Source: an uncultured Acidobacteriota bacterium (GTDB taxonomy: Bacteria > Acidobacteriota > Terriglobia > Acidiferrales > UBA7541). From it: a stretch of DNA of 64,000 bases. The stretch lies in the NCBI GenBank assembly GCA_963784385.1, contig CAWARF010000004.1, forward strand, positions 292,412 to 356,411, written 5' to 3'. Position 1 is the first letter of the stretch. Every line of letters begins with the position of its first letter. The position numbers and the translations under genes were made by a program. Positions 9,657 through 18,544 of the stretch are shown here, piece by piece. Under the pieces are notes generated by a model. That model made no database searches. It was not told the origin of the DNA and worked only from the letters and a program-made list of their open reading frames with translations.

Positions 9657-10217
9657 ATGAGCACTGCTCCAAATCCAGTCGGTACGGTTAAGAAATCGTT
9701 GGCATGGTCGATCGCGCTAAGCATTTTGCTGATCCTTGCTGGCATAGCAGCGATCGTACTGCCGCCGGTAGCTAGCCTCGCGGTTACTATCTTTGTCGGA
9801 TGGATGCTGGTTTTTGGTGGCATCATCCATTTTGTGTATGCGTGGAAAACACGGCACGCAGGTGGGGTCTTATGGGAGGTGCTCATCGGCGTTGTTTACG
9901 TCGCAGCTGGAGCTTACTTGCTGTGGAACCCGATTGTTGGGCTGGCTGCTGTCACGCTTGCTCTCGCGCTCTACTTGCTTTTCGAAGGTCTGCTCGAGTT
10001 CGTCTTATCATATCAACTTCGCCCGGCGCCTGGCTCCGGTTGGCTCTTGTTTGACGGAATAATCACTCTGATCCTCGCGCTGCTGATTTGGAGGATTTGG
10101 CCAATAGGTGCACCGTGGATCCTTGGCCTGCTCGTGGGAATCAGCATGCTCGTGAGCGGCACAGCGCGGCTGATGCTTTCAGTGGCCGCGCGCCGCATGC
10201 TAAATCAGGTTGTTTAG
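9657..10217 (+). CDS. HdeD-like (DUF308) acid-resistance membrane protein
   Basis: GGAGGAA RBS. Six hydrophobic helices with a repeating G-rich DUF308 pattern (ILAGIAAIVLP, GWMLVFGGIIHFVYAW, GIITLILALLIW). Confidence 0.75.
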   Translation: MSTAPNPVGTVKKSLAWSIALSILLILAGIAAIVLPPVASLAVTIFVGWMLVFGGIIHFVYAWKTRHAGGVLWEVLIGVVYVAAGAYLLWNPIVGLAAVTLALALYLLFEGLLEFVLSYQLRPAPGSGWLLFDGIITLILALLIWRIWPIGAPWILGLLVGISMLVSGTARLMLSVAARRMLNQVV

Positions 10218-10485
10218 CGTCATCGCAGATGTGGCGGGAGCGCCGCGATGCCCCATGATTTTGAAAATCAGTCCGGTACACCCCCCATAGGGTCGCCAGA
10301 TTGGGGGTATCCCCAGCCTATGCAACTCGCGATTTTCTCCAACGCAACGACGTGCCGTTTGAGGGAACCGCACTGAAGACTGAGGAACAGCGTCGGCAAC
10401 CCGGTATCGGCTCCCCGAACGACCAAAACGCATTCGTTTGTTTTTCCAGAGGGCACACGACTTGATAGACCCGCGGTCTGCAACG

Positions 10486-11109
10486 TCAGTCTGAGCCCGG
10501 CAAGCCCAGTTTCGCTGTCATTCGGACAAGGCCGGGAACGGATTCCGCCTGCATTTTGTGCATCACCTGCCCCCGATGTATCTTGATGGTAGTTTCACTG
10601 GTGCCCAGTTCCGCCGCAATCTGTTTGTTTAACATGCCGGCCACCACGAGCTGCATAACCTCACGCTCGCGTCTCGTCAACAAGCGCAAACGCTGTCGCA
10701 ACTCAAGTAAGTCTTCCGACTCCTTGCGGCGATTACGATCGCGTGTGATCGCTTGTTGTATTGCGTCTAGCAAGTTCTGATCGCGAAACGGCTTTATGAG
10801 AAAGTCCACTGCGCCGGCTTTCATCACCTGTACCGCCATCGGGATATCTCCGTGCCCCGTGATGAAGATGACAGGTAGCTGGATGTCCCGCTTCGCGAGC
10901 TCGTTCTGAAGATCGATACCGCTAGTGCCCGGCATTCGCACGTCAAGGATGAGGCATCCTGGGATGGCCGGGAGTGTCGCCCCCAGAAATTCATCAGCGG
11001 AAACGAACGAGCGAACCTTTAGTCCAACAGAGCGGATGAGCCTGTCAACTGCGTTTCGAACGGCTGAGTCATCATCGACGACGTATACGATCGATTCCTG
11101 TTCTGTCAT
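10486..11109 (-). CDS. response regulator, FixJ/NarL (LuxR-HTH) family
   Basis: Receiver domain (IVYVVDDDSAVRN, LILDVRMPG, VIFITGHGD, K in FLIKP) plus a GerE HTH (LTRREREVMQLVVAGMLNKQIAAELGTSETTIKIHR). ATGA overlap with the upstream kinase gene. Confidence 0.9.
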   Translation of the reverse strand: MTEQESIVYVVDDDSAVRNAVDRLIRSVGLKVRSFVSADEFLGATLPAIPGCLILDVRMPGTSGIDLQNELAKRDIQLPVIFITGHGDIPMAVQVMKAGAVDFLIKPFRDQNLLDAIQQAITRDRNRRKESEDLLELRQRLRLLTRREREVMQLVVAGMLNKQIAAELGTSETTIKIHRGQVMHKMQAESVPGLVRMTAKLGLPGSD

Positions 11110-13193
11110 GTGGCTCGGCGCCCTGTCTTCGGAGCTTGTGTCGGTAACGTGAACTGGAAGATTGTGCCGAGCCCTTCCTTGGAGGTCGCCCACAGTCGGC
11201 CGCTATGCGCCTCGATAATTGACCGGCTGATCGCGAGACCCATGCCAATGCCGGTAGCCTTGGTTGTGAAGAAGGGGCGAAATACTTGATCGGCGTGCCG
11301 GGGCGCAATCCCGACCCCCGAATCGTGGACCGCAATTTTCACCTCGTGCGTCCCAAGGAATCGGGAGGTTAGAAGCACTTCCCGTGGCCCATCTTCTCGC
11401 ACACTTGTTGCCTCGATTGCGTTTAGAAGGAGGTTCACCAGCACCTGTTGGAGCTGAACAGAATCACCGGAGATCAGCGGTAGATCCGCGTCCAGCTCGG
11501 TGCGCACCGTTATGCCGTGTTCCAGCGCCTGGTGCCGCATTAAGACGGGCAGTTCTTCGATGAGCTCATTCAGATTTACAGGTGCGAGGGTGGGCGGGCG
11601 CTTGCGAATCAGATCACGAATTCTAGCGATCACACCACCGGCGCGGTATCCTTGCCGCACTACCTCTTTCATGGCAGTCCGCGTCTCATCCACATTCGGC
11701 GGTGTTTCGTTGAGAAACCGCAGGCTCGCCTCGCAATTTGTCACCACGGCGGTGAGAGGCTGATTTATTTCATGCGCAATGGACGCCGCCAGCTCGGCGA
11801 TCGTGTTCACACGCTCCATGTGGGCAAGCTGAGTTTGTGCGGTTCGTAGCGCTTCCTCGGAGCGATCGCGCTCGGTGATGTCGTGAGCGATTGTTGCCAT
11901 GGCGACCGGACGGTCAGTCTCCGGCTCCCTGATCAGAAAGATGTGCTGCCGAACCGGAATGGTGCTACCCGTCTTGAAATGTCGGAAACGGACATCGCCT
12001 TCCCACCGACCATCCCGCATCACCAACGAGAGGACCTCGCGCTGGAACGTATTCCTGTCTTCTTCGGGTAAGTAATCCAAAATTCTAGTTTGAGTCGCCT
12101 GGAAGGGACTATCCAGCCCGACCATCAACCGGCCAGCCGGATTGACAATGTGGACTTGGCCTTCCAGCGAAGCCGTACCAATAAAGTCGGGGCTATTCTC
12201 GACTAGAGCGGCGAGCTCTCGTTGTTCCCTTTCGGCACGTTTCCGGTCTGTGACATCTTGAACGAGTCCGACGAAGTAGTTTACTGAACCGTCAACGCGC
12301 CGCTGGCATTTCACCGATACGATGCTGTCAATTAAGCGCCCATCCTTGCAAATCCACCTTTTATCGAGGGTGTAGCCGTCAATTTCCCCGTTCAGGACCC
12401 GCGTGAACTGCGCAACGTCGGCGGCAAGATCGCCCGGATACGTGACCTCGGCCCAGGTCTTTCTCAGAAGCTCGCTTCGCTCATATCCCAAAATGCGGCA
12501 GAGCTCGTCATTGACTTCCAGAAACCTTTTGGTGGGCGACGTCGTCGTCATCCCGATCAATCCCAGCTCGAAATAGCGCCGGAACCTTTCCTCGCTCGTG
12601 CGCAGAGCCTCCTCGGCGCGCTTGCGTTCGATCAGCTCCACAGCCTCCCTGGCGTAGATCTCGACAGATTCCATCTCGCTGTCTGACGGACGATGCGGCC
12701 GCACAAAATGCGCAGAGATCACGCCAAGCGGTTCCACTTTGCGACTAAACAAGGGAATACACTGCATCGCTCGAAAACCAGCGAAAGCCGCGATTTCTAG
12801 ATGCGCCGCAAAGAGTGGGTCGGTGAGCACGTCCTCGATAATTACCCACTGCCGTCTCTGGAGGGTCGCGCCGCAGACGCTTGTGGATCCGTGAAGGCTG
12901 TCGAAATAATCCAAGACTTCCTGCTGAAAGCCGCGTTGCGCGACGATCTTTAGAGTGTCGGTTACCGCATCGTAAAATCGAATGGTTCCGAAGTCGGCCC
13001 CGAGCACTTTGATCGTTGAGTCGAGAACCTCTTCTATCGATGCCTGCCACTCCGTGGCTGCCAGCAATCGCGCGCTTTGTTGATGGAGGTGGTTAATAGG
13101 CATAGCCTGAACCTCTTGGACATCACGCTGCTGTTTGGCATTTGGCACATAGTCTATGCCCATCAATCGCAATGAGAGGGATTTAGCTCTCAC
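11106..13193 (-). CDS. GAF-PAS-PAS sensor histidine kinase (FixL-like)
   Basis: H-box SIAHEINQPLTAV. HATPase N/G boxes (LLNAIEA, DSGVGI, GIGMGLAISRSII). Two PAS-like units end in DVTDRKRAE and DITERDRSE. The start is uncertain (M at 13193, 13163 or 13103). Confidence 0.9.
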   Translation of the reverse strand: MRAKSLSLRLMGIDYVPNAKQQRDVQEVQAMPINHLHQQSARLLAATEWQASIEEVLDSTIKVLGADFGTIRFYDAVTDTLKIVAQRGFQQEVLDYFDSLHGSTSVCGATLQRRQWVIIEDVLTDPLFAAHLEIAAFAGFRAMQCIPLFSRKVEPLGVISAHFVRPHRPSDSEMESVEIYAREAVELIERKRAEEALRTSEERFRRYFELGLIGMTTTSPTKRFLEVNDELCRILGYERSELLRKTWAEVTYPGDLAADVAQFTRVLNGEIDGYTLDKRWICKDGRLIDSIVSVKCQRRVDGSVNYFVGLVQDVTDRKRAEREQRELAALVENSPDFIGTASLEGQVHIVNPAGRLMVGLDSPFQATQTRILDYLPEEDRNTFQREVLSLVMRDGRWEGDVRFRHFKTGSTIPVRQHIFLIREPETDRPVAMATIAHDITERDRSEEALRTAQTQLAHMERVNTIAELAASIAHEINQPLTAVVTNCEASLRFLNETPPNVDETRTAMKEVVRQGYRAGGVIARIRDLIRKRPPTLAPVNLNELIEELPVLMRHQALEHGITVRTELDADLPLISGDSVQLQQVLVNLLLNAIEATSVREDGPREVLLTSRFLGTHEVKIAVHDSGVGIAPRHADQVFRPFFTTKATGIGMGLAISRSIIEAHSGRLWATSKEGLGTIFQFTLPTQAPKTGRRAT

Positions 13194-13758
13194 AGGACCA
13201 ACACATCTTGGTAGTAGAGCACTAACACCTTAGTATTACATTTCGGTTGAAGGAGAGGCGTGAGAATCACTCACTCACTGAGCCAGTCTGCCGTTGAAAG
13301 TTTAGAGCTATGAGGCACGGCCATAGTGCGAGCTCGCTTGTCGGAGTCCTGTCGGTGCTCTGACATCGCTGCTGCGTCGAGGATCATGTTTCCGCTTTCG
13401 AAAAACCTGCGGCGTTCCCGCAACTTATTTATTCCAGAGGCGCTAGCCCCTCCCTGTAACTTGAACGCCCTTTGGAGCTACAGATGCCATAAGTAGAGGA
13501 GGCCGGCACGCAGTTGCGGACAGCGGAGATGCCGGACAAAGGAAGTCCAGGTCACGCATACGGTTGAGACAAGAGCGAAACACCAACCGAGTGTGTTGAC
13601 TGAAGGTTCCCCCGACGTAAGGGCCGCTGGCATCGATTGATTCGGTCGATCGGCGGCCCAAACGCTTCGAGCGCTTTTCGCTCTAGGTGCGGCCGACGTG
13701 AGGCTTCTGATCCAATCTGCACTGCAGAGCAGCTTGAGCGGTGCACAAAAGGACCCCA

Positions 13759-14727
13759 ATGACGTCTCCCAGGTTCTGCGTTTTGGCGAACGAGGCCGTT
13801 CAAGGTCATGTAGATCTCTTCTCGCGTCTCAAATTTCGTCTCGATCCGGTTTGGAGACGTCTGTTTGCGATTCTACTCCTCCTGTCGCTTGTCGCGTTTC
13901 AAGCGGCTGCTCAGAACCAGGTGCCTTCGCCTTCGCCTTCGCCTCCGCCTCCGCCTCCGCCTCCTCCGCCCGCAGCGGCTCCCACTCCCGAGCCGGCGCC
14001 GCCCGGCCCGGTGCTCACCGACAAACAGTTGGAAAATCTCGTTAACCGCATCGCGCTGTATCCTGATTCACTGCTCGCGCAAATCTTGACGGCTTCCACT
14101 TACTGGAACGAGATCCCCGCGGCCGCCGCGTGGGCCGACGCACACAACTACCTCAAAGGCGACGCGCTCGCCGAGGCAGTTCGTGCAGACAATTTGCAGT
14201 GGGATCCCAGCGTGCTCGCGCTGCTCCCGTTTCCCTCGGTGCTCGACATGATGGCAAGAGACACGGCGTGGACTGAGCAACTCGGCACCGCCGTGCTCGC
14301 ACAACGCGCCGACGTAATGGACGCCGTGCAGCGTCTGCGCCGCCAGGCGCGCCGGTATGGCTACTTACAGTCGAATCCGTACTGCAATATCGTTGAGACC
14401 GACGGCTATATCGAAATTTTGCCGGTCAATCCGGCGTATATCTACGTGCCCTATTACGATCCGTTCGTTGTGTTTGGTCCACCGCCGCCAGGCTTTTACA
14501 TCGGCGGGGCGATCCGTTGGGGTCCGGCGGTGGTGATCACCGCGGGGTTTTTCTCTTTCGGATGGGTCCATCCTTATATTTTGTGGGGCGCGCACGCCAT
14601 CTATTTCGACCGTACGCCCTGGGGCCGTGTTTGGGTGAATCGCGGCTATTACATTCACCCGTACGCGCATCCGTGGGTCCCTCGCCCGGGACCTCGCATC
14701 GAAGCACACGCCCTACGCCACAGATAA
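13759..14727 (+). CDS. DUF3300-like secreted protein with a Pro-rich linker
   Basis: Signal-like LFAILLLLSLVAFQAAAQ, then a PSPSPSPPPPPPPPPP tract, then LVNRIALYPDSLLAQILTASTYWNEIPAAAAWA (DUF3300 signature). Confidence 0.75.
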   Translation: MTSPRFCVLANEAVQGHVDLFSRLKFRLDPVWRRLFAILLLLSLVAFQAAAQNQVPSPSPSPPPPPPPPPPAAAPTPEPAPPGPVLTDKQLENLVNRIALYPDSLLAQILTASTYWNEIPAAAAWADAHNYLKGDALAEAVRADNLQWDPSVLALLPFPSVLDMMARDTAWTEQLGTAVLAQRADVMDAVQRLRRQARRYGYLQSNPYCNIVETDGYIEILPVNPAYIYVPYYDPFVVFGPPPPGFYIGGAIRWGPAVVITAGFFSFGWVHPYILWGAHAIYFDRTPWGRVWVNRGYYIHPYAHPWVPRPGPRIEAHALRHR

Positions 14728-14838
14728 GGTCGCCTGCTCTTTGAGAAGACGGGTGCTGCGAGCAAGGTGCGGCCGACCTGACCGGCATCGGGTTTCGCAA
14801 ATCCGAAACAATCGACGCTCTCCGAGCGCCTGTCCAAA

Positions 14839-15039
14839 ATGTCTCAGGATGAACTTCTGGCGTTCGGCTGGGAAATGCACGAACTCGTGTACCCGTTGTC
14901 TTACGGTTTCGACGGCAAGCCGGTGGTGTCCGCTTTCTCGATTCAACTGGATGAAGCCCGGAGGAGTGGCGAAGACGCCGCTTACTTTCAAGCTGACGCG
15001 CAAGAGGGCGAGCACAAGGCCGAAGCACACCACGAGTAG
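14839..15039 (+). CDS. hypothetical 66-aa ORF, possibly a gene fragment
   Basis: ORF only. The frame stays open for a further 30 codons after its TAG stop. Confidence 0.2.
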   Translation: MSQDELLAFGWEMHELVYPLSYGFDGKPVVSAFSIQLDEARRSGEDAAYFQADAQEGEHKAEAHHE

Positions 15040-15278
15040 CGCCAACTCTGCGATGCCGACCGCTATAGTTACGCGGTGCAATCGTTCGAGGCGCTGTCTG
15101 CGCTCATCGAAAACCTCCAGCCGCTATGACCGTGAAATACACGGGCGAAATACCACTTGCGGAAGTCCGAAATGCTTTCGTCAGAACACGTTCAACAGGT
15201 AAAATGGAAAATATGGAAAATGGGCCGACTTCACGCCATGCCGCTTAGTGGTGTATAGTCACAGTGTTGCAAGCCTGA

Positions 15279-15321
15279 GCGGGCGTCGTACAATGGCAGT
15301 ATAGAAGCTTCCCAAGCTTTC
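15279..15321 (+). pseudogene. 5' half of a tRNA-Gly(CCC)-like gene (acceptor 5' strand, D arm, anticodon arm) with no T arm or 3' acceptor strand
   Basis: GCGGGCG TC GTAC AATGGCA GTAT A GAAGC TTCCCAA GCTTT folds as tRNA positions 1-43 and resembles bacterial tRNA-Gly(CCC). The downstream sequence cannot complete a cloverleaf. An extended -10-like TGTATAGT lies at 15252-15259. Confidence 0.6.
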
Positions 15322-15397
15322 TCCAGCCCACCTAACACGCTGAACTGGCGGCACTTGCTTCAGCGAGGAATGTTCTTGGTTGGAAAATGATGGAAAA
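15279..15397 (+). repeat. repeat A copy 1: tRNA-Gly 5' half + conserved hairpin + TGGAAAAT pair
   Basis: The 88-nt core 15279-15366 differs at 6 positions from 37399-37486 (hand alignment). Hairpin: CGCTGAA (15338-44), 14-nt loop, TTCAGCG (15359-65). The shared tail is TTGGAAAATGATGGAAAA. Confidence 0.8.
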
Positions 15398-15511
15398 TAC
15401 AGGTCCCCTTAGGACTCTATTCAGCGGCCTGCCGAAGAAGAAGAGTTGGGTGTTGGGCTGTATTGGTGGATGCGTTCTAAATCATTCCCATGTAAGATGT
15501 TGCGAGTACGT

Positions 15512-15555
15512 GGGGCCCGTAGCTCAGTGGTTGGAGCAATGGACTCGTAATCTCT
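15512..15555 (+). pseudogene. 5' half of a tRNA-Thr(CGT)-like gene, 3' half absent
   Basis: GGGGCCC GT AGCTCAGTGGTTGGAGCA ATGGA CTCGTAA TCTCT gives an acceptor strand, a D arm and an imperfect anticodon arm. No TPsiC arm or complementary acceptor strand follows. Confidence 0.45.
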
Positions 15556-15588
15556 TCTGGGTCCCACGCGCATGCCCCATAAGGCGTG

Positions 15589-15608
15589 TGATAACTCCTT
15601 AGTTATCA
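15589..15608. repeat. perfect 8-bp palindrome TGATAACT-CCTT-AGTTATCA (operator or hairpin)
   Basis: Read directly from the sequence. It lies between the tRNA-Thr-like fragment and the LuxR-HTH remnant. Confidence 0.4.
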
Positions 15609-15621
15609 TAGAATCGAGGAC

Positions 15622-15765
15622 ATGGTGAAGAACTGCCTGTTCCATATCTTCGACAACTTGGGGATTTCAAATCGGGTAGAACTTGTCTTATATGCGATGA
15701 GCAATCCGCAGGGGACGGCCCGGACGACTTCGCAGCAAGACAAGCCGCTCGGTCGAAGCGCCTAG
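15622..15765 (+). pseudogene. C-terminal remnant of a LuxR/NarL-type HTH regulator
   Basis: MVKNCLFHIFDNLGISNRVELVLYAM... matches the second half of a GerE HTH (TVKNHLxxIFxKLGVxNRVEL). No receiver domain or first helix lies upstream. Confidence 0.45.
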
Positions 15766-15945
15766 CCGAACTCGACGCCGCCGAGAAAGGGGACACGACT
15801 CCTACGCAGAGCAGTCCGAACACTGCCGGGCAGAAGCAGTCAGCGACACGCAATATCCTCGATGAAGCTTCATCCCCTGAGCTCCACAGATAATCTCGCC
15901 GTGCCATGCTGCGTCGGTTATACTTCCGAACGAGGAGAACCAAAG

Positions 15946-16332
15946 ATGATCATTGGGGATAGGCTGCGAGAGCTGCGGGAGCAAAAACATCTTTCCCAAG
16001 GGGACATCGAGAAACGCACTGGCCTCTTGCGTTGCTACATCTCGCGCGTCGAGAATGGGCACACGGTTCCCGCGATTGAGACGCTGGAGAAGCTGGCGCG
16101 AGCGATGGAAGTGCCGCTCTATCAGCTCTTCTACGACGGCGAGGAGCCGCCCAAGGCGCCGAACCTTCCGAGGCGCAAGACCGCGGACGACGTCGCCTGG
16201 GGGAACTTCGGCAAGGACGCCAAACTGCTGGAACAGTTCCGAAGGCTTCTCCGAAAAACAAACGAGAAGAACCAGCGGATTCTGCTGTTCATGGCGCAGA
16301 AGATGGCGGGGACTCACCGAGCGAGGGCCTGA
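15946..16332 (+). CDS. XRE-family helix-turn-helix transcriptional regulator
   Basis: GAGGAGAA RBS. MIIGDRLRELREQKHLSQGDIEKRTGLLRCYISRVENGHTVPAIETLEKLARAMEVPLYQLF is a canonical HTH_3 domain. Confidence 0.85.
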   Translation: MIIGDRLRELREQKHLSQGDIEKRTGLLRCYISRVENGHTVPAIETLEKLARAMEVPLYQLFYDGEEPPKAPNLPRRKTADDVAWGNFGKDAKLLEQFRRLLRKTNEKNQRILLFMAQKMAGTHRARA

Positions 16333-16435
16333 CGATTCCCTTCCCTGCGGTGTTCTGCCCTAATTCAACATAATTGATCGCTCGTGGCACTGCCTCCGTC
16401 CCGAAATCACCTCTTCGCACCCACGAGAGCTTATA
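16234..16435 (+). repeat. repeat B copy 1 (3' end of the XRE gene plus about 100 nt downstream)
   Basis: Aligns by eye with 38339-38545. A shorter portion also aligns with 43901-44085. Confidence 0.75.
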
Positions 16436-16731
16436 ACGACGAGAGCGATCCATTCTCAGGACCGGACAGATTTGACCCCGAGTACTTGGATGACGTTGCC
16501 TGCATGTGCGAAGCGGGGAGACCTTACTGTCTGAGGCTCGTCAGCCAAATGTCTAAGACCGGCAGGCTACTCGGCTCAACCGAAGTGAACGCGATTCCCA
16601 TCCCACCGTTCGATCGCGAATAAGCTACGGTGCCTTGACCTGTGAAGTTTGCACCCGCATATGAGATTCGCAGTCTAACCTTGGTTCCCGCCGAAAATGG
16701 AGTCGTGTATAATCAGCAGGTTGAGGCGAAA

Positions 16732-16770
16732 CGGGCGTAGTTCAATGACAGAACTGGAGTTTCCCAAGCC
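16732..16770 (+). pseudogene. degenerate tRNA-Gly(CCC)-like 5' fragment
   Basis: CGGGCGTAGTTCAATGACAGAACTGGAGTTTCCCAAGCC resembles tRNA-Gly positions 2-40 but the anticodon stem pairs poorly. An extended -10 TGTATAAT lies at 16706-16713. Confidence 0.35.
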
Positions 16771-17038
16771 AAATTCTAGGAACTCTTAGGCATTGAAACG
16801 GTGGCACTTTCCCTTCGCAACTCCCTCCTCAATTGTGACCAGATTGGACACGCGACGCGGCTGGTCCGCATTGTTGAAGTCGGGATGGCTCCCGCCCCCG
16901 AGGCAACGGTACTTCCAGAATAGACGAGCATCCCAAACAGCTGACGGCTGAAGGCCACAACTGGCGTTTTCGTGATTCGGTTGATCGCTCGGTTTCGCCG
17001 ATCTTCACGAGGCGATGCGTGCGAGAAAGTTTCGGGCC

Positions 17039-17521
17039 CTAGCTCCGGATAGCAGCACCATCCTCGTTCCCGGTCAACCTCCGCATTTCTCTCTGTTGAA
17101 TCTTGCATAGCTTGAAATATGCGAGAGTGTTGAAAACATCAAAGTCGTCCCAGGTATCGTCTATCTCCCGGACGAGAAGACCTAACCGTTCAATTTCCTG
17201 ATCCAACAGTTGAAGCCGATCCATTGCTGCGCAGCGGAGTCCTTTTTTCGATCGACCGATCGGCCATTCCAGCAGTCTTGTTGTGAATCTAGTAGCGGCC
17301 ATCAGAGCCCCCCAAAGAAGGCGGAGGGTCGAGAGGAGAGCCACCCCGTCGACAAACTCCCGGACGGCACAGAGCAGCCAGGCAACGTGAGAGAACTTCT
17401 GGGGCGAACGCTGTTGTCGACCAATCCCATCGATTGTCGCCTTTCGACGGTCGAGCGAGTGACGCGCAATCTGAAGCGCTGGCAAGGCGGCGATCCACGC
17501 CCCGTCAGCCCCTGGATTCAC
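17039..17521 (-). CDS. hypothetical protein
   Basis: ORF only. The C-terminal part (MDRLQLLDQEIERLGLLVREIDDTWDDFDVFNTLAYF) looks coding; the N-terminal part is doubtful. Confidence 0.3.
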   Translation of the reverse strand: MNPGADGAWIAALPALQIARHSLDRRKATIDGIGRQQRSPQKFSHVAWLLCAVREFVDGVALLSTLRLLWGALMAATRFTTRLLEWPIGRSKKGLRCAAMDRLQLLDQEIERLGLLVREIDDTWDDFDVFNTLAYFKLCKIQQREMRRLTGNEDGAAIRS

Positions 17522-17543
17522 TGACGAGACGTCTTGTTGCAGA

Positions 17544-18488
17544 CTATTTCTTAGCGAATTTCTTCAGCGACATCCCCGGAACTTCAGCCACATAAACCGC
17601 GCCGGTGGAGTCGACCGTTACCCAGTGTGGCCCGGTGAGTCCCGAAATCTTCCCCAACACCTTGCCGTCTGTTGTACCGATCATGACCCAATTTTGAGGT
17701 GCGCCGGCGGAAACGTACAACGTGTCGTCCTTGGAGATGTAGATGCAAGCCGGCGCGCCGAATTGCGGCAATTGATTAAGATATTTGCCGTCGGAATCAA
17801 AGACTTCAATACGCTTGTTGCCTCGGTTGGCCACGTACACATGTCCAGCCGAATCCAATGCGATACTGTGGGGGTCCCTGAGCTGACCCGGTCCCGAGCC
17901 TCTAGTTCCCCAGGACTTGATAAACGTGCCATCCTTGGAGAACTTTACGACGCGTGCGTTCGAGCTCTCACCGTCAGAAACGAAGATGTCTCCATTCTTT
18001 GCAACTGCCACATCGGTCGGACCATTGAACGCGTCCCTGGAATCCATATCTCCGGCAACGCCCTTCTTGCCAAGCGTCATCAAGAGATCCCCATCCGGAC
18101 TGAACTTGAATACTTGATCGCCCGTCTTATCGGTGATCCAAACGAAGCCGTTGTTGTCCAACCGCAAGCCGTGCGCTGACAATACAAAGTTATCGCCCCA
18201 CGACCTGAGCAGTTTGCCACTCGAGTCAAAGACCATGATTCTTGAATTCAGCGATCCACTCGTTTGACCCGGATCGGCCCGCTTAAATGCGAAGACATTG
18301 TCTTTGGCGTCGACGCCCACGGCCGATATCACGCCCCATACTCCGCCTGCTGGAAGCCCCCAATTATCGACCTGCTGATATGTATCCTGCGCCCGGATAT
18401 TCAAGGGCTCAATTGCTACCGCGACAAGCGCGATCAGCACCAGCAGCGCGGAGCCTGCCAAGAGTTGGTTCTCCAATCCAAGCTTCAT
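17544..18488 (-). CDS. NHL-repeat six-bladed beta-propeller protein (secreted)
   Basis: Signal/TM segment at the N-terminus. Repeated NHL units, for example GSGPGQLRDPHSIALDSAGHVYVANRGNKRIEVFDSDGKY. Confidence 0.85.
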   Translation of the reverse strand: MKLGLENQLLAGSALLVLIALVAVAIEPLNIRAQDTYQQVDNWGLPAGGVWGVISAVGVDAKDNVFAFKRADPGQTSGSLNSRIMVFDSSGKLLRSWGDNFVLSAHGLRLDNNGFVWITDKTGDQVFKFSPDGDLLMTLGKKGVAGDMDSRDAFNGPTDVAVAKNGDIFVSDGESSNARVVKFSKDGTFIKSWGTRGSGPGQLRDPHSIALDSAGHVYVANRGNKRIEVFDSDGKYLNQLPQFGAPACIYISKDDTLYVSAGAPQNWVMIGTTDGKVLGKISGLTGPHWVTVDSTGAVYVAEVPGMSLKKFAKK

Positions 18489-18544
18489 AGGAACCTCGTG
18501 ATGGCGATCAGCTCCTCAGCGGACTCTCTCAACACCCTCAGTCC

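Noticed and set aside
13921-13990. Short tandem CCTTCG/CCTCCG repeats, checked as a possible CRISPR or VNTR
   Set aside because: The repeats lie inside the DUF3300 gene and encode a PSPSPSPPPPPPPPPP linker. There are no spacers and no repeat-spacer periodicity.
15387-15602. Cys-rich 71-aa ORF (MMENTGPL...GCIGGCVLNHSHVRCCEY), considered as a RiPP or bacteriocin precursor
   Set aside because: It runs straight through the tRNA-Thr-like fragment and the palindrome. Only its first 7 codons are shared with the second copy at 37509. No modification, export or immunity genes are nearby.
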